In this document: in pieces, positions 37,115-48,452 of the stretch
Numbering within the stretch: position 1 is the first letter of the stretch
Layout: each line of letters opens with the position of its first letter
From: Macrostomum lignano
Lineage: Eukaryota
DNA length: 64,000 nucleotides
Direction of reading: 5' to 3'
Assembly: GCA_002269645.1 (NCBI GenBank)
Contig: NIVC01001384.1
Location: 1-64,000, forward strand
Notes under the pieces: generated by a model
What the model saw: only the letters and a program-made list of their open reading frames with translations
The model's database searches: none
What the model was told of the DNA's origin: nothing
Translations under genes and position numbers: made by a program

Positions 37115-37460
37115 TTGTCTGCGCGTTTGTCACTGCCGTCAAATTGTCTGCGCGCTTGTGTCACTGCCGTCAAAATTGTCTGCGCGCTTGTGTCACTGCC
37201 GTCAAAATTGTCTGCGCGCTTGTGTCACTGCCGTCAGATTTGTCTGCGCGCTTGTGTCACTGCCGTCAAAATTTTCTGCGCGCTTGTGTCACTGCCGTCA
37301 AAATTGTCTGCGCGCTTGTGTCACTGCCGTCAAAATTGTCTGCGCGCTTGTGTCACTGCCGTCAGATTTGTCTGCGCGCTTGTGTCACTGCCGTCAAAAT
37401 TGTCTGCGCGCTTGTGTCACTGCCGTCAAAATTGTCTGCGCGCTTGTGTCACTGCCGCGT
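37115..37460. repeat. Minisatellite, 32 bp unit (TTGTCTGCGCGCTTGTGTCACTGCCGTCAAAA)
   Basis: About 10 tandem copies; CpG retained. Confidence 0.95.
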
Positions 37461-37489
37461 TTGCGCCCTTTTGCCTGTGCTCCAACAGT

Positions 37490-37635
37490 GTACGCGGGAA
37501 CGCACTCGTGCGCGCGCTCACACAGGGTGTACAGGGGCCTTGACTTTCTAATCGTCAGGCATGTAAACTCTCTGATCCTTGGGGGTTGGCCCCCCTTTCA
37601 TGGGTGTGAATCGCTGGACAACCCCCATGGCCAAA
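37490..37635. repeat. Dispersed repeat with hairpin potential, copy C
   Basis: Aligns by eye to copies A and B. Confidence 0.7.
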
Positions 37636-38584
37636 GAAATAGTTGATTACGTGCTAAAATCTAAAAATACATTCGCATAGAAACTAGGCCTTTAAATACT
37701 TGTAGTCAACCTTTGGAAATGCGCCAGAGACTGTGTAAAGATGTCTGTGTTGAAGTAGTTGCTAAATAATTTCGATTCACGACGTTAATTTCGACTCAAG
37801 AGAAAATTTACAGCAGACAGGTCCATACTGATAGCAAAGCAACAACAAGGTGCAGATATTGATTCAGACTGGACTCTTCGAACGGCGACTTGTTTCCAAT
37901 TTGGGCTGAAAATTGCTGCCTGCTGGCCAAGAGGAGGCAGTTGGAGCGGATCTCAAACTCCGGATGTCGGTCTGTAGGCTTACTCGAGTCTCCGAGGCTC
38001 TCTAGATTTCTCCCATCCAGCTCCTTATCCGGTCCGATTCCCAATCGATCCACCTGCCCCTGCACGCGACTGTCTCAGCACCTGCGCCCATGGTAACCCA
38101 TGCCGCTTTGGCAGCAAAGTGCACAGCGTTGGCTCGTGTATTATATATAGGCTAGAAGGTAGACACTTGGTCGTGAGGACTGCGGATGAGAGGACAATTT
38201 TCCCAGAATTGATTCAGGTGCTGAGGGTGAGGGGTGTGGGATAGACAGGTACGAAGATCAATGCTGGATTGAATTATCGAGAGGTTAGGGGGAGGGAAGT
38301 GGCCGAGCGAGGAGGTCATTGAAGCGAAGTGTATGTGAGCAAAAATGAGCTGATACTTTAAGTGGTAGCTCAAAGCTTCTCAACAAATGTTTTTGTCACG
38401 CGATTTAAACAAAAAAACAGCGTCTAGAACTGTGAACTGTTTCTCTAAATGCTAGCTAAAATGCAATTCGACTAGACTGGCTACTTTTTCTGAGGTAGCA
38501 ACTGCATTCAGCTGACTTGTCCAAGAGATATTGATGCAAAAATCATGTGTCTTGTGTTGGTCAGATTGATGTCAACACCATGCT

Positions 38585-38950
38585 GCCTGTCTCTGCTTGC
38601 CTGTCTCTGCTTGCCTGTCTCTGATTGCCTGTCTCTGCTGCCTGTCTCTGCTGCCTGTCTCTGATTGCCTGTCTCTGATTGCCTGTCTCTGCTGCCTGTC
38701 TCTGATTGCCTGTCTCTGATAAATTGCCTGTCTCTGATTGCCTGTCTCTGATTGCCTGTCTCTGATTGCCTGTCTCTGATTGCCTGTCTCTGATTGCCTG
38801 TCTCTGATTGCCTGTCTCTGATTGCCTGTCTCTGATTGCCTGTCTCTGATTGCCTGTCTCTGATTGCCTGTCTCTGATTGCCTGTCTCTGATTGCCTGTC
38901 TCTGATTGCCTGTCTCTGATTGCCTGTCTCTGCTTGCCTGTCTCTGATTG
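38585..38950. repeat. Minisatellite, 14 bp unit (GATTGCCTGTCTCT)
   Basis: Direct tandem copies. Confidence 0.95.
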
Positions 38951-39220
38951 GCTGCCCTCGATTTTTTGCCCCTCCTGTGCTGCTTCTGATTGGCTGGCCC
39001 CTACGTGATCGGATGCCCCGAGCAAAGTGGGCATCGAAAAGCGACTTCAAGTGCGCGACAGCGATCTTGATCAGCTGAAGCTGCGCTCATGCAGATTCAG
39101 TGTCGGCACTCTGCTAATGAGCTGCGAATTAATAATGAGAGCTATAGCCATAGCCATGCAGTGCTGCCTCGATCATATGGTTCAGAATGAATATAGTCTT
39201 GCATGCAGTGCAGCGAATCT

Positions 39221-40158
39221 NNNNNNNNNNNNNNNNNNNNNNNNNNNNNNNNNNNNNNNNNNNNNNNNNNNNNNNNNNNNNNNNNNNNNNNNNNNNNNNN
39301 NNNNNNNNNNNNNNNNNNNNNNNNNNNNNNNNNNNNNNNNNNNNNNNNNNNNNNNNNNNNNNNNNNNNNNNNNNNNNNNNNNNNNNNNNNNNNNNNNNNN
39401 NNNNNNNNNNNNNNNNNNNNNNNNNNNNNNNNNNNNNNNNNNNNNNNNNNNNNNNNNNNNNNNNNNNNNNNNNNNNNNNNNNNNNNNNNNNNNNNNNNNN
39501 NNNNNNNNNNNNNNNNNNNNNNNNNNNNNNNNNNNNNNNNNNNNNNNNNNNNNNNNNNNNNNNNNNNNNNNNNNNNNNNNNNNNNNNNNNNNNNNNNNNN
39601 NNNNNNNNNNNNNNNNNNNNNNNNNNNNNNNNNNNNNNNNNNNNNNNNNNNNNNNNNNNNNNNNNNNNNNNNNNNNNNNNNNNNNNNNNNNNNNNNNNNN
39701 NNNNNNNNNNNNNNNNNNNNNNNNNNNNNNNNNNNNNNNNNNNNNNNNNNNNNNNNNNNNNNNNNNNNNNNNNNNNNNNNNNNNNNNNNNNNNNNNNNNN
39801 NNNNNNNNNNNNNNNNNNNNNNNNNNNNNNNNNNNNNNNNNNNNNNNNNNNNNNNNNNNNNNNNNNNNNNNNNNNNNNNNNNNNNNNNNNNNNNNNNNNN
39901 NNNNNNNNNNNNNNNNNNNNNNNNNNNNNNNNNNNNNNNNNNNNNNNNNNNNNNNNNNNNNNNNNNNNNNNNNNNNNNNNNNNNNNNNNNNNNNNNNNNN
40001 NNNNNNNNNNNNNNNNNNNNNNNNNNNNNNNNNNNNNNNNNNNNNNNNNNNNNNNNNNNNNNNNNNNNNNNNNNNNNNNNNNNNNNNNNNNNNNNNNNNN
40101 NNNNNNNNNNNNNNNNNNNNNNNNNNNNNNNNNNNNNNNNNNNNNNNNNNNNNNNNNG
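39221..40158. other. Assembly gap (938 N)
   Basis: Run of N. Confidence 1.
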
Positions 40159-42229
40159 CAGTTTCCAGTATATCCATACCAGTAAAATATTGGATTATAA
40201 AAGCAAAACTACGATCTTCAGAAATACACTTTTTGCTGTTTGTGTTAGTTTCTCTTAGTTTAATGACTAAATACATTGACTGGCAAAGAATACACTACTG
40301 ATATAAGTATAAGAATATCGAGCAACTTGACGAAAAGCACAGCTAAAATATGCACGTTGAACGGCTTGCGGATGCTGTGTAGGAAATGAAATCCCGGGAT
40401 TGACTAGATTGCATTTCAGTATACATAATTATAATTTGTTTACAAAATTACCGCAAAAAAACTGTTTGCGTTCGAACAATTAGCCATCCCGGATCGAGTC
40501 CAAAATCCCTCGGAACCCGCCACGTGACTTCCGGGGACCGGGACTGCTCAGGGGGACGAAAACGGATGCGCTGCACGCGACTTGTGCGTGCACAATGGCC
40601 CATCTGCTGTCTGCATAGCCGCCATGCAAAGCACCAATACTCGCTTGAAGTGCACGCCGACAAATTGTTTATGCATGATATCGGCATAACTTGCGTTTTG
40701 CCCGCAGGACTATATGATAGGCTTAGCAATGTGGATTTAGCTTTTTTATTAACAGGGCACTAGAAAGTTGTGGCACCGGCCACTTCACGTTATGTTTGCA
40801 TTATACGAAATAAAATTGCGTTTTTATCGTTATTTTTCTAAGCCTGCATGCAATGTCTGGAGCTGGAATGCGTTCATTCGAGAACTTTATGAAAACGATG
40901 ATTTCAAACGATGGTTGAAACAAAGCTACATACTAAAAAGTACATAGTGTACATGTTACTTGCCCAGCACTGATGTTATTGTGTACATCCACCCTCGTTC
41001 TTTCACCCAGACACACAAACTTAGTTTTAGCCATTGTTCCACAGTTGCTCCCCAAAATACAGTCAAAGACCACTAGAAGTTACCGTTGTATCAGGTCAGG
41101 ACGCGGCACGCTTAAATATTGCAAAATTATTTGAAGGCCGGCTTGCTTGTATTGCAACTAAACTTCAATTTAATGCTTTTTTTAATGCAAACATCGCTAA
41201 ATATACAAGCAAACAACCGAGCCTTCAAAAAATACAAATTTTCGAGTTGCATCCTGATACAACCGTAGTGGCTTTTGAGTCTCTGCGTCTGGATGAAAGA
41301 CGTGCTCAAACATGATTGCGCCAGGTAAAATTACCAGCTTGATTTTAACAACAGGTAAAAAGTAAAGCTACTCGTAAATCTGTAATCTGCAAGAAGGGTC
41401 CACGTGACCCGGTACAAAACAATATCTGAGCGTCCTAATCTGACACTTAAGTTCCAACTTTGTTTATAAAACGACCCCTGATCGTACTAAATAGCTCAAA
41501 TAAAACTTTTTGATCAAAAGTTTTTGCCGTCGCCCAGGAGATCATTATAAACGATGGGTCTTGCTTGCTGTCTCTTTTAAGCAAATAGATAAGACTCTAC
41601 TGAGTGCAGGAACTTTTAACAGAAATGGCCTAGAGTTTGAGCAAAATTCGCAGAACTCGCGCTACAGTTCTCAAATTATCGTAATCACTGCAATATCGGC
41701 CGTAGCCAGTTCTAGACACTCAATTGAGACAATTAACTCTGAGGTTGGGGTCTAATTTACTGTCCCCGCGGCTCTCTGTTAATTGTTCTCGGCAGACAAT
41801 TATACAGTTGAAAATCAATACTCATTTCTTATCTAAAGCGGGCCGCGCTTTAGAGAAATACTCGTAAATTAGTTCAATGCCTCTATGGCTGCTGCTCTGG
41901 CTGCTTATCTATTGCAGCACCGATGCTGCGGAGCACATTGGGAACATAAATTGGTCGAGGTTGCTGAATACGAATTTATTGGTACAACAACGGGCCCCGG
42001 ACAGTCAGATCATATGAAACTTTTAATTTGAACAAATCTCAATAAATAGAATTCAAATCTATAGGAAAAATAGCGAATGGTTCGAGTTTTTCATTGCCTA
42101 GGTGTCTGACTGACTGCCGATTTTCTTGTATCACCTTTGTTCTCTTAGTCTCACCTCTGCTCCCTATCATTTCTTCTACTCGCATCACAAATTTACTCTC
42201 TGTCTCCTTTTTGTATCACCTTTGTTCTC

Positions 42230-44700
42230 CGGATCTCTTCTGTTGTCTCACATTTACTCTCCGTCTCTTCTGTTGTCTCACCTTTACTCTCCGTCTCTTC
42301 TGTTGTCTCACCTTTACTCTCCGTCTCTTCTGTTGTCTCACATTTACTCTCCGTCTCTTCTGTTGTCTCACCTTTACTCTCCGTCTCTTCTGTTGTCTCA
42401 CCTTTACTCTCCGTCTCTTCTGTTGTCTCAGCTTTACTCTCCGTCTCTTCTGTTGTCTCACATTAACACTCTCCGGATCTCTTCTGTTGTCTCACCTTTA
42501 CTCTCCGTCTCTTCTGTTGTCTCACCTTTACTCTCCGTCTCTTCTGTTGTCTCACATTTACTCTCCGTCTCTTCTGTTGTCTCACCTTTACTCTCCGTCT
42601 CTTCTGTTGTCTCACATTTACTCTCCGTCTCTTCTGTTGTCTCACCTTTACTCTCCGTCTCTTCTGTTGTCTCACCTTTACTCTCCGTCTCTTCTGTTGT
42701 CTCACCTTTACACTCTCCGGATCTCTTCTGTTGTCTCACCTTTACTCTCCGTCTCTTCTGTTGTCTCACCTTTACTCTCCGTCTCTTCTGTTGTCTCACA
42801 TTTACTCTCCGTCTCTTCTGTTGTCTCACCTTTACTCTCCGTCTCTTCTGTTGTCTCACCTTTACTCTCCGTCTCTTCTGTTGTCTCACCTTTACTCTCC
42901 GTCTCTTCTGTTGTCTCACCTTTACTCTCCGTCTCTTCTGTTGTCTCACCTTTACTCTCCGTCTCTTCTGTTGTCTCACCTTTACACTCTCCGGATCTCT
43001 TCTGTTGTCTCACCTTTACTCTCCGTCTCTTCTGTTGTCTCACCTTTACACTCTCCGGATCTCTTCTGTTGTCTCACCTTTACTCTCCGTCTCTTCTGTT
43101 GTCTCACCTTTACTCTCCGTCTCTTCTGTTGTCTCACATTTACTCTCCGTCTCTTCTGTTGTCTCACCTTTACTCTCCGTCTCTTCTGTTGTCTCACCTT
43201 TACTCTCCGGATCTCTTCTGTTGTCTCATCTTTACTCTCTCTGGATCTTCTGTTGTCTCACCTTTACTCTCCGGATCTCTTCTGTTGTCTCATCTTTACT
43301 CTCCGTCTTTTCTGTTGTCTCACATTTACTCTCCGTCTCTTCTGTTGTCTCACCTTTACTCTCCGTCTCTTCTGTTGTCTCACCTTTACTCTCCGTCTCT
43401 TCTGTTGTCTCACCTTTACTCTCCGTCTCTTCTGTTGTCTCACCTTTACTCTCCGTCTCTTCTGTTGTCTCACCTTTACTCTCCGTCTCTTCTGTTGTCT
43501 CACATTTACTCTCCGTCTCTTCTGTTGTCTCACCTTTACTCTCCGGATCTCTTCTGTTGTCTCACCTTTACTCTCCGTCTCTTCTGTTGTCTCACATTTA
43601 CTCTCCGTCTCTTCTGTTGTCTCACCTTTACTCTCCGTCTCTTCTGTTGTCTCACCTTTACTCTCCGTCTCTTCTGTTGTCTCACCTTTACTCTCCGTCT
43701 CTTCTGTTGTCTCACCTTTACTCTCCGTCTCTTCTGTTGTCTCACCTTTACTCTCCGTCTCTTCTGTTGTCTCACCTTTACACTCTCCGGATCTCTTCTG
43801 TTGTCTCACCTTTACTCTCCGTCTCTTCTGTTGTCTCACCTTTACACTCTCCGGATCTCTTCTGTTGTCTCACCTTTACTCTCCGTCTCTTCTGTTGTCT
43901 CACCTTTACTCTCCGTCTCTTCTGTTGTCTCACATTTACTCTCCGTCTCTTCTGTTGTCTCACCTTTACTCTCCGTCTCTTCTGTTGTCTCACCTTTACT
44001 CTCCGGATCTCTTCTGTTGTCTCATCTTTACTCTCTCTGGATCTTCTGTTGTCTCACCTTTACTCTCCGGATCTCTTCTGTTGTCTCATCTTTACTCTCC
44101 GTCTCTTCTGTTGTCTCACCTTTACTCTCCGTCTCTTCTGTTGTCTCACATTTACTCTCCGTCTCTTCTGTTGTCTCACCTTTACTCTCCGTCTCTTCTG
44201 TTGTCTCACATTTACTCTCCGTCTCTTCTGTTGTCTCACCTTTACTCTCCGTCTCTTCTGTTGTCTCACCTTTACTCTCCGGATCTCTTCTGTTGTCTCA
44301 TCTTTACTCTCTGGATCTTCTGTTGTCTCACCTTTACTCTCCGGATCTCTTCTGTTGTCTCATCTTTACTCTCTGGATCTTCTCGTTGTCTCATGGACTC
44401 TCTGGATCTCTTCTGTTGTCTCACCTTTACTCTCCGTCTCTTCTGTTGTCTCACCTTTACTCTCCGGATCTCTTCTGTGGTCTCACCTTTACTCTCCGGA
44501 TCTCTTGTCTCACCTTTACTCTCCGTCTCTTCTGTTGTCTCACCTTTACTCTCCGTCTCTTCTGTTGTCTCATCTTTACTCTCTGGATCTTCTCGTTGTC
44601 TCATGGACTCTCTGGATCTCTTCTGTGGTCTCACCTTTACTCTCCGGATCTCTTGTCTCACCTTTACTCTCCGTCTCTTCTGTTGTCTCACCTTTACTCT
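42230..44700. repeat. Large minisatellite, 30 bp unit (CTCTCCGTCTCTTCTGTTGTCTCACCTTTA) with higher-order variants
   Basis: About 2.5 kb of tandem copies. Confidence 0.98.
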
Positions 44701-45714
44701 CCATCCCCTTTCTTGTATAGTCTAATCTATAATTTACATCTCTTTTGTTGTCTTGTCTCACCTATACTAATTTATCTACTTTGTCTCCTATAAAATATCA
44801 ACTTCTCGTATTATCTATCACCTTTGCTTTTTGCAACCTTTTCTTATTTCCACCCAGTCTCTCGTTCTATAGTCAAAACGATTCGATGGCAAGTGCAGCT
44901 GCGCCCTTCACCCACGCAGCAGCAAGCCAGGGCCGCTGAGCCCCGAGCTCAAACTCCAATTCCCAGTCACGCCACTCGCCAAAGTGTTTGCTCAAATTGT
45001 GTCGCCACTCTGCCCCCCCCCCAACTGACGTTATCTGCCTCTGCAATTGCGCCAGGGGCTGCACCAAAAAACCCCCAATCGAATCTCCACCTAGGGGCTC
45101 GTCTTGTCACCTTATTAACAATTCTGAGCTCCGGTTGAAGCTGCGCTCGCCCGGCGCCACGCAGAAGACGGTTGTAGGGGGGGGGGCATAAATTTCAGCG
45201 TTCGGGCGCCCCAATATGGCGCTGGCAGGTGCTCTTATCAGGCTCGCACTACTAAGAAATTGGCATGTCGCGCTGTTTGTTTCAGGTTGCACAGGCGGCC
45301 ACAGGCGCACTCGGAGAGTCGGTTGCCGCTCCGAGCTCGCACTCCGATTTCCAATTTCCGTGCTTCAGCAGGCTGACGCCAGCAGGGCAGGGGGAGGCGG
45401 TGGGGTAAATTAAACGTGCCGTTTTTGTTGATCTGTGTTGCCAGGGTGAGATAACTAAAATCCTGAGTGGGGGGGATGAAGTTGAAGGCTTCGAGGACCT
45501 GTCATCTGACATGCAGCGAGCTTATTCGCAATGCACCTGTTTACTTGGAGTTCAGACAGATTTATTATAAAACATCAGGTGTTCCTTTAAGCCTGTCTAA
45601 AGTTCTCTTATTAAGAGAGACTTGTTGAGAGACAGCAGAAGTTGAGCCTTCTGAAATTGCATCATTACCTGACCCTCTTATTGGTTAAATTGTGTCATAT
45701 TTCTGCTCATGAAC

Positions 45715-45870
45715 TCACTCATGGACTCATGAGCTCACTCATGGACTCATGAACTCACTTATGGGGTCATAAACTCACTCATGGACTCATGAACTCACTT
45801 ATGGGGTCATAAACTCACTCATGGACTCATGAACTCACTCATGGACTTATAAACTCACTCATGAGCTCTC
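45715..45870. repeat. Short tandem repeat (ATGGACTCATGAACTCACTC)
   Basis: Tandem copies. Confidence 0.85.
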
Positions 45871-46799
45871 TCATGAACTCACTCTTAATTTCTTTCATAA
45901 ACTCACGGACTCACGCACAATCTCCCAAACGCCTTCGAATTAGCTATGTCTGTTGACATTATGGGTAGCATTGCTCTAGGTCGAGGGAAAGTTGATATTT
46001 GCAAGAAAAGTTCGGCCAAGGCTCGCTAGCTTTCCTACCTGCCTGGGTCATATTTTTCTGATTGTACGAGTACATCAGCGCGCCGAGATGGATCGGACCG
46101 GACAGAATCCCTGACTAGACAGGCGGAGCTCTGGCCTAGCAAACAGACTGCTGGTTGGCCTAATCGACATCCGCGGTCTTTCCTCGGTTCGCCTGTCTGT
46201 CGGCTTTGCTCAATTCGTTATGGATTATGCATACATGCCGGTTTCAGTTAGGAGTCTTGGAATCCACCCGAGCTGGGGATGTCTAAGCAGTACTTGGACG
46301 GAGGCTTAATTACTGCTGGGATGCCAGCTACTTGGGAAAGAAATTATTTTATATAAGGGTACAGAGAGCTAAGTAAAGAGAAAGGAAGGCTAGGGAGGTG
46401 AAGGGTACAAAGGAAGTTAAGGGTAGAAAGGCAGTTAAAAGGGTAAAAAAGCAGTTAAAAGGGTAGAAAAGCAGTTAAAAGGGTAGAAAGGCAGTTAAAA
46501 GGGTAGAAAAAGTTGAGGGTAGAAAAGAAACGGAGGGTAGAAAGTTCCTGTCCTGAATCAGAGTGCAGATGCATGCTTCTATTCCAATCCTACTCACTTC
46601 ACAGGACTTCACAGGGAGCTTTTGCCGCAGCAAATGCGAGGCAGACAGGCAGTTTCCATCCATTAGCGACCTCTAGCATAAATCATTTCTCAGGGAAATT
46701 CTGCTTCTGGTAGAGAATGTTAATCAGCTTCGAGAACGTGCCGAAAAGAAGCAGGAAAAGAAAAAGTTTTGACAACTCCCTAGGGGACCGGGATCTCAT

Positions 46800-47115
46800 C
46801 TGCACCATGAGACTTGTGCTCTAAAAAAATTGAAAAACTGTTAGATAAATTCAGCTTCAGATCATGTTTTGTACTCAGTAGGTGTCTCAGTATGTCTGCA
46901 GCTTGAAGTCTCATGTCCCTCGACCACTTACTGCAGGTGTTGTTTACAAGTTTCAGTGCCCTGAGGATCAGAAAATCTCTTGCATAGGGAAAACGAAGCG
47001 ACAACTGTACACTAGGATCAAGGAGTATTGGACTAAAAGATCAGCCTTCCAAGAACACCTGCTCACGTGTGACTCATGTTGTAGCAGCAAACCTCTCGAC
47101 TTGTTTAAGATCAGT
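46800..47115 (+). mobile_element. Penelope-like element fragment (GIY-YIG endonuclease)
   Basis: VSQYVCSLKSHVP...GVVYKFQCPEDQKISCIGKTKRQLYTRIKEY...SAFQEHL matches the PLE Uri-domain pattern VVYKF-C...YIGxTxRxLxxRIKEH. Degenerate. Confidence 0.75.
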
Positions 47116-48240
47116 AGCTAGATTTCCAGTTAGATTTGCTGTAGCTAGATTTCCTGTAGCTAGATTTCCTGTAGCTAGATTTCCTGTAGATAGATTTCCT
47201 GTACCTAGATTTCCTGCAGCTAGATTTCCTGTACCTAGATTTCCTGTAGCTAGATTTCCTGTAGCTAGATTTCCTGTAGCTAGATTTCCTGTAGCTAGAT
47301 TTCCTGTAGCTAGATCTCCTGTAGCTAGATTTCCTGTAGCTAATTTCCTGTAGCTAGATTTCCTGCAGCTAGATTTCCTGTACCTAGATTTCCTGTAGCT
47401 AGATTTCCTGTAGCTAATTTCCAGTAGTTAGATTTCCAGTTAGATTTCCTTTAGCTAGATTTTCAGTAGTTAAATTTCCAGTTAGATTTCCTGTAGCTAG
47501 ATTTCCTGTAGCTAGATTTCCTGTAGCTAGATTTCCTGTAGCTAGATCTCCTGTAGCTAGATTTCCTGTAGCTAGATTTCCTGTAGCTAGATTTCCTGTA
47601 GCTAGATTTCCTGTAGCTAGATTTCCTGTAGCTAGATTTCCTGTAGCTAGATCTCCTGTAGCTAGATCTCCTGTAGCTAGATTTCCTGTAGCTAGATTTC
47701 CTGTAGCTAGATTTCCAGTAGCTAGATTTCCAGTAGTTAGATTTCCAGTAGTTAAATTTCCAGTTAGATTTCCTGTAGCTAGATTTCCTGTAGCTAGATT
47801 TCCTGTAGCTAGATTTCCTTTAGCTAGATTTTCAGTAGTTAAATTTCCAGTTAGATTTCCTGTAGCTAGATTTCCTGTAGCTAGATTTCCTGTAGCTAGA
47901 TTTCCTGTAGCTAGATTTCCTGTAGCTAGATTTCCTGTAGCTAGATTTCCTGTAGCTAGATCTCCTGTAGCTAGATTTCCTGTAGCTAGATTTCCTGTAG
48001 CTAGATTTCCTGTAGCTAGATTTCCTGTAGCTAGATTTCCTGTAGCTAGATTTCCTGTAGCTAGATCTCCTGTAGCTAGATTTCCTGTAGCTAGATTTCC
48101 TGTAGCTAGATTTCCTGTAGCTAGATTTCCAGTAGCTAGATTTCCAGTAGTTAGATTTCCAGTTAGATTTGCTGTAGCTAGATTTCCTGTAGCTAGATCT
48201 CCTGTAGCCAGATTTCTAGATTTCCTGTAGCTAGATTTCC
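47115..48240. repeat. Minisatellite, 15 bp unit (AGCTAGATTTCCTGT)
   Basis: About 70 tandem copies. Confidence 0.98.
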
Positions 48241-48452
48241 AGCGCCCCATCTCCTGGGTAAAAAGCAATTCATTCAATCCAATGCACCAAGGCAGATCGA
48301 ACTCCTCCAACAGGAAGCAGTTCCGCCATTGGCTGGCTGCATTCCCACTCCGTCCAGAGCCGCAAAACTGCGGTAGATAAGCTGCCGCTCTGTGGCAGAA
48401 AGAGCTTCGCTCCCAAACGACTTCCTCCACAGCTGATCTGCCGGCTACCGAA

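Noticed and set aside
39027-40301. ORFs of 330-420 aa
   Set aside because: They only read through the N gap.
42094-44793. Very long ORFs (664-899 aa) on the plus strand and RQQKRRRVKV / KGETTEETES ORFs on the minus strand
   Set aside because: All are translations of the 30-bp minisatellite in several frames at once, with no unique domain.
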